The translations under genes and the position numbers were made by a program. Below the pieces are notes generated by a model. That model did no database searches and had not been told where the DNA came from. It saw only the letters and a list, made by a program, of their open reading frames with translations. This document shows positions 24,501 through 35,783 of a stretch of DNA of 64,000 nt, in pieces. The stretch is from Asterias rubens. Its lineage: Eukaryota. The first letter of the stretch is position 1. Each line of letters opens with the position of its first letter. The DNA lies in the NCBI RefSeq assembly GCF_902459465.1, contig NC_047080.1, forward strand, positions 3,782,001 through 3,846,000, given 5' to 3'.

Positions 24501-25873
24501 CTTTGACAATTACCAAACGTGTTCGGTGTCTTTTGTGCATATATAGTATTCAATTTATGATTTGTTAACTGTTATTTTGACTGTACCTTGTTAATGGTTG
24601 GCAGATAATTAAAAAATATCTACACACACAAAAAAAGGATAAAAAACCTACCTGCTGTTGTGGTCACGTGCCACCCGTCAAAAAGAATTGTCACCTCCGA
24701 ACCGAAGTAAAAAAACGAACCATGATTAGAGCCCTAGAAGAAAAACAAACCATTATTATATTTATTTTTATAATTTCCCCATTATTTGATAATAATTATT
24801 TATTTTGTTTCAAATGGAATTGACCGCAGCTGATCAATTAAATAACAAAAAAGTACCCCGTTTACTGTAGGGGATGTATTTTTTCTGGTTTAAGAACACA
24901 AAATATGGTCGCTATCATATGGTAAGTAGGCCTACTATATAAAGGCAATCAATAGCAAAAACATAGGCCAACTAGATATGGTTATAATAATAAAACAACA
25001 AAATATTTAAAGCGCGCCAAACTGCCACAATGGACTCAAAGCGCTAAATAGAAAGATGAAAAAAAACCGAACAAAGACATTGATAAAATAGGGACACCGC
25101 CAATATAGGGCTAGATAGCTCAGTTGGTAGAGCGCCGGCACATTAATCCGGAGGTCGTTGGTTCGAATCCCACTCTAGTCAATTCTTTGTTCAACCCCAA
25201 ACATCAGAAAAATGCAATTTACCAAATTGCAACATAACAATACAAAGGGGTTTCCGAAGAAAGAAAACAAAAAGGCATTTCCAAAAATATTTTTTAAAGA
25301 TACAGAAATAACACCGAAATCATGTGAAAAAAAAATCCACCACAGAAAGTTACATAAGTTATAAAAAACATGGAATGCTAGATTGGATTAAGATAAAAGA
25401 TTAACACAAAGGACGATTAAATATTATATAGCGCATTTCTCAATAACCAAACTCAATTCATTTTACACTACGTAGTGCCCTGTCATTGGGCCAATAACAT
25501 CCATGTAATTTTCTCAGCCTCCCTTGGGAGTATATAAACAACCCTGTGAAACAAGACACAATCATGGAGGTTTCTACCTCTATGACACAACCAACCCTCG
25601 CAGGATACCCACTTGCTCAACGACACAATGTCAGGACCGTGTCACGACCGGGACCCGAACCCATACTGTGTGAATCAAGAACTGGAATTTGGTGCTTTTA
25701 ATCCACCTGGCCATGTCACCGAAGACCCCCATACGGTTATCCCTTCATTGAAACAAAATTCTTTGAGATAATACCAAATCTGTTAAGCGGAAATTGGTTA
25801 AAAAGTTGTTTTGACCGCCACAACAGTTACAGTATAAACATTGACTTCAAAGACACAATGTACTCACATTCAT
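21513..25873 (-). CDS. SLC31A1: CTR-family (SLC31) copper transporter, 152 aa
   Basis: Coding exons 25868-25873 (ATG AAT, with an in-frame TGA upstream), 24652-24733 (GSNHGSFFYFGSEVTILFDGWHVTTTAG), 22437-22602 (TM1...FE) and 21513-21717 (HVIQT...MLIVMTYN...GLGY). They total 459 nt in frame. The MxxxM motif is present and the intron phases match CTR1 as I recall them. The symbol is family-level; CTR1 versus CTR2 is not resolved. Confidence 0.92.
21748..22137. mobile_element. Kolobok-like MITE family A copy with a TTAT target duplication, in the last CTR intron
   Basis: TTAT-AGGCAGTGG ... CCACTGTCT-TTAT. Confidence 0.85.
23340..23810. repeat. About 134-bp tandem repeat, about 3.5 diverged copies, in a CTR intron
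   Basis: CAGGACAGAGTGAAAA recurs at about 23452, 23587 and 23721. Confidence 0.8.
25109..25181 (+). pseudogene. tRNA-like SINE head / pseudo-tRNA; a related copy is on the - strand at about 18591-18676
   Basis: It has A and B boxes and folds as a cloverleaf (GGCTAGA/TCTAGTC). The anticodon loop ACATTAA is atypical, the anticodon stem has a mismatch, there is no T-run terminator, and a diverged copy exists in the window. Confidence 0.7.
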
Positions 25874-26813
25874 GATGATGTATTTGTTTACGTCTCACAA
25901 CCACGACGTATCTCCCCTGTGTAATATAAAAACATATTGTTTACAGGAAAACTCAATAGTGTTAAACCACGGTTAACTAATACACACCTTGGTTTTCGAA
26001 AAGAACATGTTTGTCTTTATTAAGCAGAAAAAAAGTACGACAAGTTATAAATAAAACCATTGAGCATATTGCTCCATGACTAGGTTTCACGTTTCACCAA
26101 AAACTTACCCTAAATTGGATTGTGTTGTCATGGGATTGTCTTGTCCAAAGTTGTGACTATTAGCTCTATAACGAAACTACGGAGGTTTCGTCAAAAACTT
26201 ACCCTGTTTGATTGTGTTGTCGTCCTATCCAAAGTGTTATACCCCCAACACAACACACCTCAGAGTTCCCGGTGGTTCACAGTGTTCTAACGTATTCTGC
26301 TCCGTGTGATTTACAGTTGTACTTTAAGAATGTTTCAAATAACTCGAGTCAGGAAATTACTACATCCCAGAATGTATATATTTTAACTGATGATTCATCT
26401 CAGAAATTTTAAAATACACACTAAAGCCACCAGCACCGTCAAAAAGCAAAACAACCCGTAACAAAATGTCAGCTCACTCTGTTGAAACTTCACTGAGGCA
26501 AGTGTGTACAAAAAGATACCCGTATTGCTCGACGCTGTGGGTATCCGTCCTGGCTATGATGTCATACACCTACCATATGGGTTGGTCTCTCTTAACTCCA
26601 CTGAATAATTACATAAACACAAACTAAAGCCATCTATATGATATCAAAAAAGACATATGGTTTCTTTGAGTTGTACACTCGAGAATAATTCCACTAGCTC
26701 AATGTCTAACTGTTCGCACTCAACTGAGTTTGACATTCAGTGCCAACAAAAGTTCAGTGTAGTTTTTCTCCACCACCCTCACGTGGCAGGGCTTATGTTA
26801 TTTCTACTCTCAT

Positions 26814-26966
26814 GGGTGCGTTCGTTTAGCTTCCCTGGGTCGACCCCGGTGTGTGTCGGGGTTTTTTTTTCAGGACGAACGTGGGTAATTATCCGCACAC
26901 GTTCGTCCTGTAAAAAATAAAAGGCCACACACCGGGGTCGACCCAGGAAGCTAAACGAACGTACCC
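26814..26966. mobile_element. Near-perfect hairpin MITE (GGGTGCGTTCG termini)
   Basis: GGGTGCGTTCGTTTAGCTTCCCTGGGTCGACCCCGGTGTG is mirrored by CACACCGGGGTCGACCCAGGAAGCTAAACGAACGTACCC. Confidence 0.8.
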
Positions 26967-27675
26967 AATGTACATAGGCGGTACATAGTTGGCCTACATT
27001 CCATCAATGTGTTCCTTTCAAACTCGAAGGCAATAGCCGTGTCAACAGAAGAAAAAAACCCACAAAGACTTAACAAACAATCTCTCTAGTCACTGAACAA
27101 CCTTCATAGGCCACTTTTAGATACGGTGGACACGATACCACGGTTTGGGTAAATTTGTCTGCATACACCCAAACCAAACAGTGCACTCTGTGTCCGCCAT
27201 ACCTCAAAAAGACTCATTGTATTCTCAGTGCATGGACTGCTGGACCCGTCGGGCGGTGCTGGGAGGGGGGGGGGGGGGGTAGAGTTAGTGTTAACCGAGC
27301 GCTGCTTTCGAAGGCTCTATTTGAAGATTTGAGTTTATTATTAGTCACTTTAAAAGATCTCGGGAAAATTATACTACTTGTTGGTCTGTGTATAGGGGTA
27401 ACAAATACATAACTATTATCAACAACGCAGGTTAATAAAACCTGTAGTAGGCCTACACATAATATTATGCAATCTGGTGCACACTCATTATTTTTTATAG
27501 TTCTTTTTTAATGATAGGAATTAGTATTATTTATTTATTTGTTATAACATGTGACATATCAAGGGATGTTTTCTACTATCATCAACATTAGACTGTGTAT
27601 ATTTTTAGTAAATCTGTGATCTCAGACAAGTTTTTTCTCCAAATTCTGGAATGTTCCTTGAACATTAATGTCAAC

Positions 27676-27986
27676 ATTAGGTTGATAGTATAAAACATTG
27701 AGAAAAACGGCTCCCTCTGAAGTGACATAGTTTTCGAGAAAGAAGTAATTTTCCACGAATTTGATTTCGAGACCTCAAGTTTCGAATTTGAGGTCTCGAA
27801 ATCAAGCATCTGAAAGCACACAACTTCGTGTGACAAGGGTGTTTTTTTCTTTCATAGTTATCTCTTAACTCCGACGACCAATCGAGCTCAAATTTTCACA
27901 GGTTTGCTATTTTATGCATAATGTTGAGATACACCAAGTGAGAAGACTGGTCTTTGATAATAAACAATAGCGTCCAGTGTCTTTAA
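27676..27986. mobile_element. Kolobok-like MITE family A, one end truncated
   Basis: Shared body; only the right TIR and its TTAA are present. Confidence 0.8.
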
Positions 27987-29110
27987 GCACTTTGTAGTGA
28001 TTTGGTTATGTAAAAAAAAGAAACGTATTGTATGCACACTGTTCAAATCTTTGAATCAGTAACGCTTCTGAAACTAATCAATTGAGTTAATGACGTCATG
28101 TACGTGTACTAATTATCTAGAAACAACATGGTAATTATAGTCTCCACTCGTTCCATTGATCTTCGCCGCTCAGACTTAAATCTACTTTTGGTTTTATTTT
28201 GGGGGGAGAGCGCGAACGCAGTCCCCACTACCAGAAATTGTACTCCCGAGTTCCTAACATTAGAAGGAATCGCGGGCGTCAGCCTGGACCGGTTGTGCAA
28301 TGGCCGGGCCTCTGCCAGGGGTGACCGCCTGACTGATCACGGTACACCCTGAGCCAGGTAAGTATGATGTTTGGAAGGCAAACAGTAGTCCTTCTTTCAG
28401 AGTTCCACTTTACACCCATGGTGTGTGCGTGCTTGAATGCCGCTGCGGTTAATACCCGTTTTTAGGGTTACACTACGCATGCGCGGATCATTACGTATGT
28501 AGATATACAGTTATTATTATTATTACTTATTCAACCATTACAACAATACATGACAATGGATGGGCTAGGAGAAAATCAGAAACAAAAGCAAAAAAATTAC
28601 TGTGGTCCAAAGACCTGCCTCCCCACATATGGGCCCAATTTCATAGAGCTGCTAAGGACCAAAATTTGCTTAGCATAAAATTTCTTCCTTCATAAAAACA
28701 GGATTATCGACTAAATTTCCAGTTGTTGCATATTGCTTGTTACTGGTATTCAGCTGTTGTTTGCTTATCCTGAAAATCACGTGGAAATTTGGCAGGTGAC
28801 AGAATATTAGCAGTGGGTAGCTCCCTTTTTCCCCTGATTAAATGTTTTATTTGAAAGGTAAAGATTTAAACATTTAATGATTGTGCAATAAGTTCAACAA
28901 GATTACAAAATGCCGATTTGTCACCAATTGAGTGTAAAATCAGAGTAAATTGTGTAAGAAACCGTAATTTTCATTTATAATATCCTATACGAAACAGTTT
29001 TCACCTTTTTGAACGTTTTACCTTTTTGTTCTTTTCCGAGTCTAAAACAAAGACAACCATGGTGTGATTTTTATTGCATTTTATTGATTAAAGCACAAAA
29101 GCTTACTTGG

Positions 29111-29352
29111 TGGGCCCAATTTCATAAAACATGTAAGCACGAAAATTTGCTTTTAGCATAACATTTCTTCCTTGTTAAAAACAGGATTACCAATCAAATT
29201 TACATTAATTGCATATTGATTGTTACTGGTATTCAGCTGTTGTTTGCTTATGAAAATCACGTGGAAATTTGGCGGGTAATCCTGTTTTTATCAAGGAAGA
29301 ACTTTCATGCTAAGCAAGTATTCGTGCTTACACGTTTATGAAGTTGGGCCCT
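29111..29352. mobile_element. MITE family with GGGCCCAATTTCATA termini. Related copies at about 6520-6690, 28630-28800, 42420-42600 and 45720-45890
   Basis: GGGCCCAATTTCATAAAACATGTAAGCACG ... CGTGCTTACACGTTTATGAAGTTGGGCCC; the body is repeated elsewhere in the window. Confidence 0.75.
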
Positions 29353-29837
29353 GGGCAAATGGAAAGCTGGTTGTGGTAAATACATTGTGGAAACGGCTCC
29401 CTCCTGAAGTAACGTAGTTTTTGAGAAAGAGGTATATTCCTTACTCAATAATAAAGTAGCTCAGCTGAAGCTTTTGATTAGGAATAGGAAGGCACACAAA
29501 CGTGATGAACAAGTGTGATTTTTCAAAATAATAATAATAATAAGACTTGTAATGCGCTCATATCCACCCAGCTGGGTGTTCAAGAGGCGCAGTAAAAAAA
29601 CAAAAACAAAAACCCAGACACAACAAAATTAGTCCTTGTTAACCTGTGACATAAGATAAGTTTTAAAAAGAGATTTGAATTTTGTGGTCATTATTCTCTT
29701 GCAACTTCGATGACCAATTGATTTAACATTTTCACTAAGTTGTTATTTATGCTTGGGGTGGTAAACCAAGTGACATTACTGGTCTTTGACAACTATTTGC
29801 ATGTCTCATTTTGTAAACAGCTTAAGGTCAATGAAGA

Positions 29838-29919
29838 GTCATAGTGGCCGAGTGGTTAAGGCGTTGGACTCGAAATCCAATGGGGTCTCCCCGCGCAGGT
29901 TCGAATCCTGTCTATGACG
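29838..29919 (+). tRNA. trnS-CGA: tRNA-Ser, anticodon CGA
   Basis: GTCATAG/CTATGAC acceptor stem, D arm GCCGAGTGGTTAAGGC, anticodon arm TTGGA-CTCGAAA-TCCAA, long variable arm, T loop GGTTCGAATCC and a TTTT terminator at 29925. Confidence 0.96.
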
Positions 29920-30399
29920 AAATATTTTGCAATAAACTTGGTATTGTTTTGACCCTGGCGTTTTTAGAGTATGTAGAGGGCGCTAGCGGGCGCTACACAC
30001 CACCACACACACCCTGTCTGTCCGGAAAGCAATTTTTTCTGTAGAAATTAATTGTCATCTCCTGATTTTGTTTTAAGAATTCCCTTTTAAAATGATTTAG
30101 AAGCAACAACAAATTTACCCATTGAAAAGCAAGACGACAGTGGCAATTTTCACTGCAGAAGAAAACATTTGCATCCGGAAACCACATAGCCTACCTCCAT
30201 GTTCCAATGAAGCAATTAGACCAGCACTAGTTGGCTAAGCCCCTAGTAGTAGACTAGAAAAGATTGTCCCACTTTCGTGTCACCCCCCCCCCCCCCCCCC
30301 CAAGAACTTTCGTGTCACCCCCCCCCCCAAGAAATCGCAACCCCGCCTTGCGTAAAACACATCTACTGTACACAAAACGGGCACAGCACTTTCTTGTGT

Positions 30400-30513
30400 A
30401 GTGACGCCACACACAGTTCCCGCGAAACGCAAAAATCTCGGGCAAATGCCCTTTGTGACACCGCGCATGCGCATCAGTCCCACTGTCAACCTCGTGAAGT
30501 AAAAGTAGACAAA
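30400..30513 (+). promoter_or_regulatory. SET proximal promoter with an NRF1-type palindrome
   Basis: GCGCATGCGC at 30463-30472 in a CpG-rich region about 40 nt before the ATG. Confidence 0.5.
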
Positions 30514-33500
30514 ATGTCTTCGCCACCAGCCAAAATAAGGAAAGAAGAGACGAAAAATAACGGGCAAAATGTCGCAGAAGTTGAAGGTAAGTTTGTCTAG
30601 ATATTTCTGTGATTTCTACTGTGCAGTCCAGTGTGGCCTGTTGATCATTTAGGGGCCAAGAACTGTAAATATTTCACGGGGAATGCATCGTTTGCGTGGT
30701 GGCGTCCATTGTTTTCAGCATTGTGCTATAGTGTGTGTTATAGTGTATGGCCAAAGCATGGCGTGCTTGTTGAATTGGCGCGTGTATTGGATCAGATACA
30801 TTACTGCTATATCCGTGTATTTCCGACACTCGCAGATTTCGCCGACTGCGTTTAACTGTTTGAGGTGGACTTAGGGAATTATGAATCCATTCATCTATTA
30901 ACAAAGGATCAGCAGATCTATCAGCTCAACAATTCACATATGAAACCAAGTAATTGAACGAAAAACATTGTTTTGGGAAAACTTCTTCAAATGAGTTGCT
31001 TCCATTGGCCATTTTATGTTCTGGCTGGTGTACATCGTATGCTTGGTTTATCATGAGCTTAACGTGGTACCAGTGAACTTTTCTTTCAAACATTAAAAAT
31101 GGAATATGAATTTATGTTTCGGGGTTCTGAATATGTTGCTGGCTGATCAGTTATCTATTTGAATTTGTAATAAATAATTAAGCACTTTCATTTCTCAATA
31201 TGGTTGGTCATGTGGGGAGAATAAAAACAAGCAAAAAGAACTGAAATGTGAAAATATGAAGACAAATCTAAATCAGCTTTTTATAAACTTTGACAAGTTT
31301 TGAAGTTTGAGATATTTTGAAAGATTTTAGGACTGTTGATTGTTGGACTTGCAGGGTGCGGATTTTGTTTTTTAAAGAGGGCAATAGTTAAATACTGTCA
31401 ATAACAGAAATAATTTGTTCAGATTTGAGACATTCTCTGTGTTTATCAAATCGTGTTGTCATAAACCCATCAGTGTAATTAAGCAGAAATTATTAAAATC
31501 CATGCAGTTTGAGGAGCTGCCAACTGAGGGTGCTGTTCAAGATGATACACTCGGGCTCCATCTTTGAGAGGGCACTTCCTTTGAAAATCTTAAAAAACCA
31601 TAATGGGAAACTTTTGAAGGTGCACCAAGACCAGGGAAATGCAGGTTCTAGTCTCTGTGTTCCAGGACCAGTATTTGATGGGCACTTAGAAAAGAACTTC
31701 TCACTGCTTTGCTTTACTTTACTAAGCTCTTATTTCTTTCACAAACCCCAAACCAAAAACCACTTTTTGCACTGGATTGCCTTTTAATATGTGATTGTTG
31801 CTATTTTTAAGGTGTACTTTGACCCTTTCAGCTTATGCTGCTGGTCATTTTGTTGTATACCCAACAATAAATAAAAAAATAAAAACCTTTCTTTTTTTCG
31901 TGCTTTGTCTTCAGAAACAGATATTAACCAGGAGGCAGTGGAGGCAATTGACAATGTGCAGAACAAGATCGACGCATTGAATGAGCAAGCCAGTGAAGAG
32001 ATTTTACATGTGGAACAGAAGTACAACAAATTGAGGAAGCCCTACTTCGAGGAGCGGGCGAAGATGATTGAGAAGATTCCTCACTTCTGGGTCACAACTG
32101 TATCCTTTGGACAAATTCAGTCAGGGTCATTCAGAAATATAACAATAAAATAATATTTATATAGTTTTTTCCCCCCTCAAAGCCTCCGAAAATAAAAAAC
32201 TTCAGCTGAAGCCTTTTATAATGCATCTGAAATCGCACTAAGTAAATGCAACAAGTGTGTTTTTTAATCTTTCAATATTCTCTTGCAAATTTGAAGATCA
32301 ATTGAGCCAACATTTTTTAACAGGTTTGTTATTTTGAACTTATTTTGAACATCTTCAGCTTTCAAAAACATGCGGTGAATGTGTTCATAGAACACAGATA
32401 GATAGTCCAGTGCCATGTACCCTATCATCTGTGACTGTGGTGGTCTTCAATGGGCTTGAGTACTTTAAGGTGTGAGGGTTAATAAAGATTTCTGACAGGT
32501 GTTGTTCCTTGACTTCCTTGAACAGTTCTTACACCATCCCCAAGTGTCCATGTTATTAGACGAACAAGACGAAGAAGCCCTGCAGTATCTGACCAAAGTG
32601 GAAGTACAGGAGTTTGAGGACATCAAGTCGGGCTACAAAATATTATTTGTAAGTATGCTGGAAGAAATAACAAGTTATTTATGCTGTACCCATGGTGATT
32701 ATGCTGTACCCATGGTACATATGCTGTACCCTAGTACTTATGCTGTACCCTAGTACTTATGCTGTAAATTTTAGTGTAAATTTTAGGTTCATGTACATAG
32801 TTATGTTGGTGAAGTAAATGTCACAGCACATATCAATTAGTTTTAACATTTTGTTTTGTTCTCTTGCAGCATTTCAAACCAAACAATCCCTATTTTGAAA
32901 ACGAAGTTATCCACAAGGAATTCCACCTCAACGATTCCGGAGACCCTTCGTCAAAGTCGTCAGCCATCAAGTGGAAGCCAGGAATGGTAAGCCCCCCCCC
33001 CACTGCTGGTTAAATTGTTCAATCAAGATTGGTTAGTTAACTCTTTTGACCAAAATTGGTTCCTGGGACCTAAGCTGTATTGTTGGCTATGGCTAATCAC
33101 TGTGCCACCGTGGGTTGAAGTATAGGGCGTCCTTAGCAACAACCCTAGCAACCGTTGTAGCCGCAGCTGTAAATGCTAATACAAATAGGGCCGTTATACA
33201 CAACTTGTGCTGTTGAATTATTACAAATTGTTGGTTGGCTCTCTGGAAATGGTGTTTAACACATAAATTTGCTCAGTTCCAACACTTTATATATATATTT
33301 GTTTAATGCCTAGGACTTGACTAAAAGGAACACGGCCATGCAGCAGAAGGGTGTACCACAAAAGAGGCCACACACAGACAGCGAGAGTTTCTTCTGTTGG
33401 TTCAACGATCACACGGACGCAGGAGCCGATGAACTCGGCGAGGTCATCAAGGACGACATCTGGCCGAACCCTCTCCAATATTTCCTTGTGAGTAGTTGTC

Positions 33501-35783
33501 TTTCGCTATGATGTTTGCATCTGGCCAGAATTGTCCCCGTGGTATCAAACCAGTAAAATGGTTACAGACATTGGATGCGCATTGTCATGTATCCCCTAAA
33601 ATAGGGGGGGGTCTTTGAGTATTTTGAGGGGGTTGGTGGGATGCATTATATCAATATTGTCGTGGGGGGAGGGGCTACATGTAAGTTGCATCCCCTAATA
33701 TAGGGGGGGGGTCTTTGATTATTTTGAGGGGGTTGGTGGGTTGCATTGACTCAATATTGTAGTGGGGGGGGGGGAGGGGCTACATGTAAGTTGCATTATT
33801 CAAGTATTGTGGGGAAAGGGGTTTGATGAGTATTTAAACAAAACAAACATTTGGGTGATAATCATTTGACTTCTTTGGCGAGGTTTGTCGAGTTAGTTCT
33901 GAAAAGTATTCAGAACCAACAACTAAAAAAAAAAGGATTTTCACATGGGTGTTACTGGAAACATCGCCCAGTTGTACTTCCACCATGCATAATTTCAAAT
34001 CCTACTATAGACTTCTTATTTGTTAAAACTTTCAAAGACGTTTTTGATTCTGATGATATTCTTGTCAACATCTCAGATTCCCGACGGTAAGGAAGAGGGT
34101 GATGAGGATAGTGACGGTGCTGATCTTGATGACATCGCCGAGTACGATGAGGACGACGATGAAGATGATGATGAAGATGATGATGATGAGGGAGACGAGG
34201 AAGGACTTGAAGATTTCGAGGGCGAGGTAAGATGATATTTCCTCTTTGCTTAAGAAGACGATTCATTTGAATTTGTAGCAGGTTTGAATTGTGGACAGCG
34301 CACTCTGTGCTACGACATAATACATCTTGACAAAGGACGAGCCGTATTAAAACCCAAAATGATGCCATCAGATCTCGAGTTTGATATTGAGTTTGACTGC
34401 TCGGGCGCACTCACAAATTCTCTTACCAGGGGAAAAGCTGCCCTGCCCTTAAGCCTTATTAAAGGCAAGCATGTAGTATCCGTCCTAGTTGGCATTGATT
34501 TGTACTTATGCGTGAGTGTGTATAGCTGCTTCTCCCCTGCTTTATTTACATACTTTTGGTCTTAACTTTTGTTAAAGTCTTAAATTTTAAAGTGTGCAGA
34601 TATCCTATTACTTCTTGGTTCTTTGAAATATTGTTTTCAAAACTTTGCGCGCTTAGAAAAAGAATACGCGCTGTTACACAGCTATGAATTGCGTGTTCCA
34701 CAGCTATGAATTTCGTGTTCCACGTGATAATCTTGTGCGCCGACACGCGGAAGCCAGCCGGTTATAAACACTGGTCATTATCAACCGTTTAAACACCCCC
34801 ACATGACGCGCTCCCCGCCAATAGGAGTAGAGAAACTGTTGAGGGTATTTATGAATTAACTATAATGCATGGTAAATCAGGGTTTGCCAGTACCACTTGA
34901 CAGTCGGCTTTTTCACTAGTCGGTATATCATATTTATTAGGGATTAATGTCAATACTTAGAAACTTTCCTAATAGGAGACTTTCTGGGACGATAGGTGTC
35001 AGCAGACTTACCGGGTGAAGCCATTGTTCTCATAATTATGCGCATGCTCAGAACTACGTCAACAATGGAAATTTACCCGGTGAGTCTGCTGCCACCTAGC
35101 GTTGGAAAGTCTCCCATTAGCGCTTTATAAATGTTTAAATTATTAATTAATACTGACCTAGCCAGCCAGACCACTTGGAGAGATTTTTCCTGGTCCTTGG
35201 TTGTTTTACCTAGAATCTTTTTTACCAACACACCACCGGTAAAGGCGAACGCTGTAAATACATGTAAAATATTGGCAATAAAGACGGAACAGATGCTACT
35301 CAAGCGAATTGAGTTCAAAGTTCTTCTCCTTGTTCACAATGCAATACATTGCCTCGCTTCTATAAACATCAGTAGTCTCATCTCACAAAAGTTGCCTTCT
35401 TCATCCATGAGCCTTCGATCAACATCCAACATCCATCTTCAACTTTCCAAATGGCCCACGCACGAATACCGCTATGGACATAGAGCATTCTCAGTAGCTT
35501 GAGCAAACTGCTGGAACAAGCTCCCTCTTCACATCCGTGACTCATCCTCAATCAGTTCATTCAAGTCTCAGTTAAAAGCACATCTTTTCAGACACAGCGC
35601 TATACAAATGTTATTTATTATTATTATTATTAGTCATTGGACTATTATATTAACCCAATAAACCCTGCGAGATGAGATGTCGATTGTTGACGGAACGTCT
35701 TGATTTGTCTCCTCCTCATGCAGGGTGATGAAGATGATGTACCTGAAGATGAAGATGATGATGACGATGAGGCAGATGCTTAA
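30514..35783 (+). CDS. SET: Protein SET / TAF-I / I2PP2A (NAP-family histone chaperone), 293 aa
   Basis: Exons 30514-30586, 31915-32099, 32526-32648, 32870-32986, 33314-33487, 34077-34226 and 35724-35783 total 882 nt in frame. Diagnostic segments are [48 protein letters not shown] and [20 protein letters not shown], followed by an acidic tail. Confidence 0.97.
32689..32768. repeat. 19-20-bp minisatellite (ATGCTGTACCC...), about 5 copies, in a SET intron
   Basis: Read directly from the sequence. Confidence 0.85.
34991..35100. mobile_element. Small palindromic MITE (TAGGTGGCAGCAGACTTACC termini); another end at about 39886-39906
   Basis: Inverted ends TAGGTGTCAGCAGACTTACCGGGT / ACCCGGTGAGTCTGCTGCCACCTA. 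Confidence 0.65.
35298..35631 (+). mobile_element. 3' end of an L2/CR1-group LINE with a (TTA)n tail, in a SET intron
   Basis: Translates to [15 protein letters not shown]...LRS...[17 protein letters not shown]...[10 protein letters not shown], a typical C-terminus downstream of the RT domain, followed by (TTA)n. Confidence 0.85.

Noticed and set aside
25109-25181. Functional tRNA-Asn(ATT)
   Set aside because: Atypical anticodon loop, a stem mismatch, no terminator and a diverged copy at 18591. It fits a SINE head better.
27180-28040. Three TGCRCNC metal-response-element cores upstream of the CTR gene
   Set aside because: A 7-mer this degenerate is expected every few kb, and the TSS is unknown. 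The enrichment is not convincing.
33952-34410. 152-aa minus-strand His-rich ORF
   Set aside because: Antisense of the (GAT/GAC)-rich SET acidic exon.
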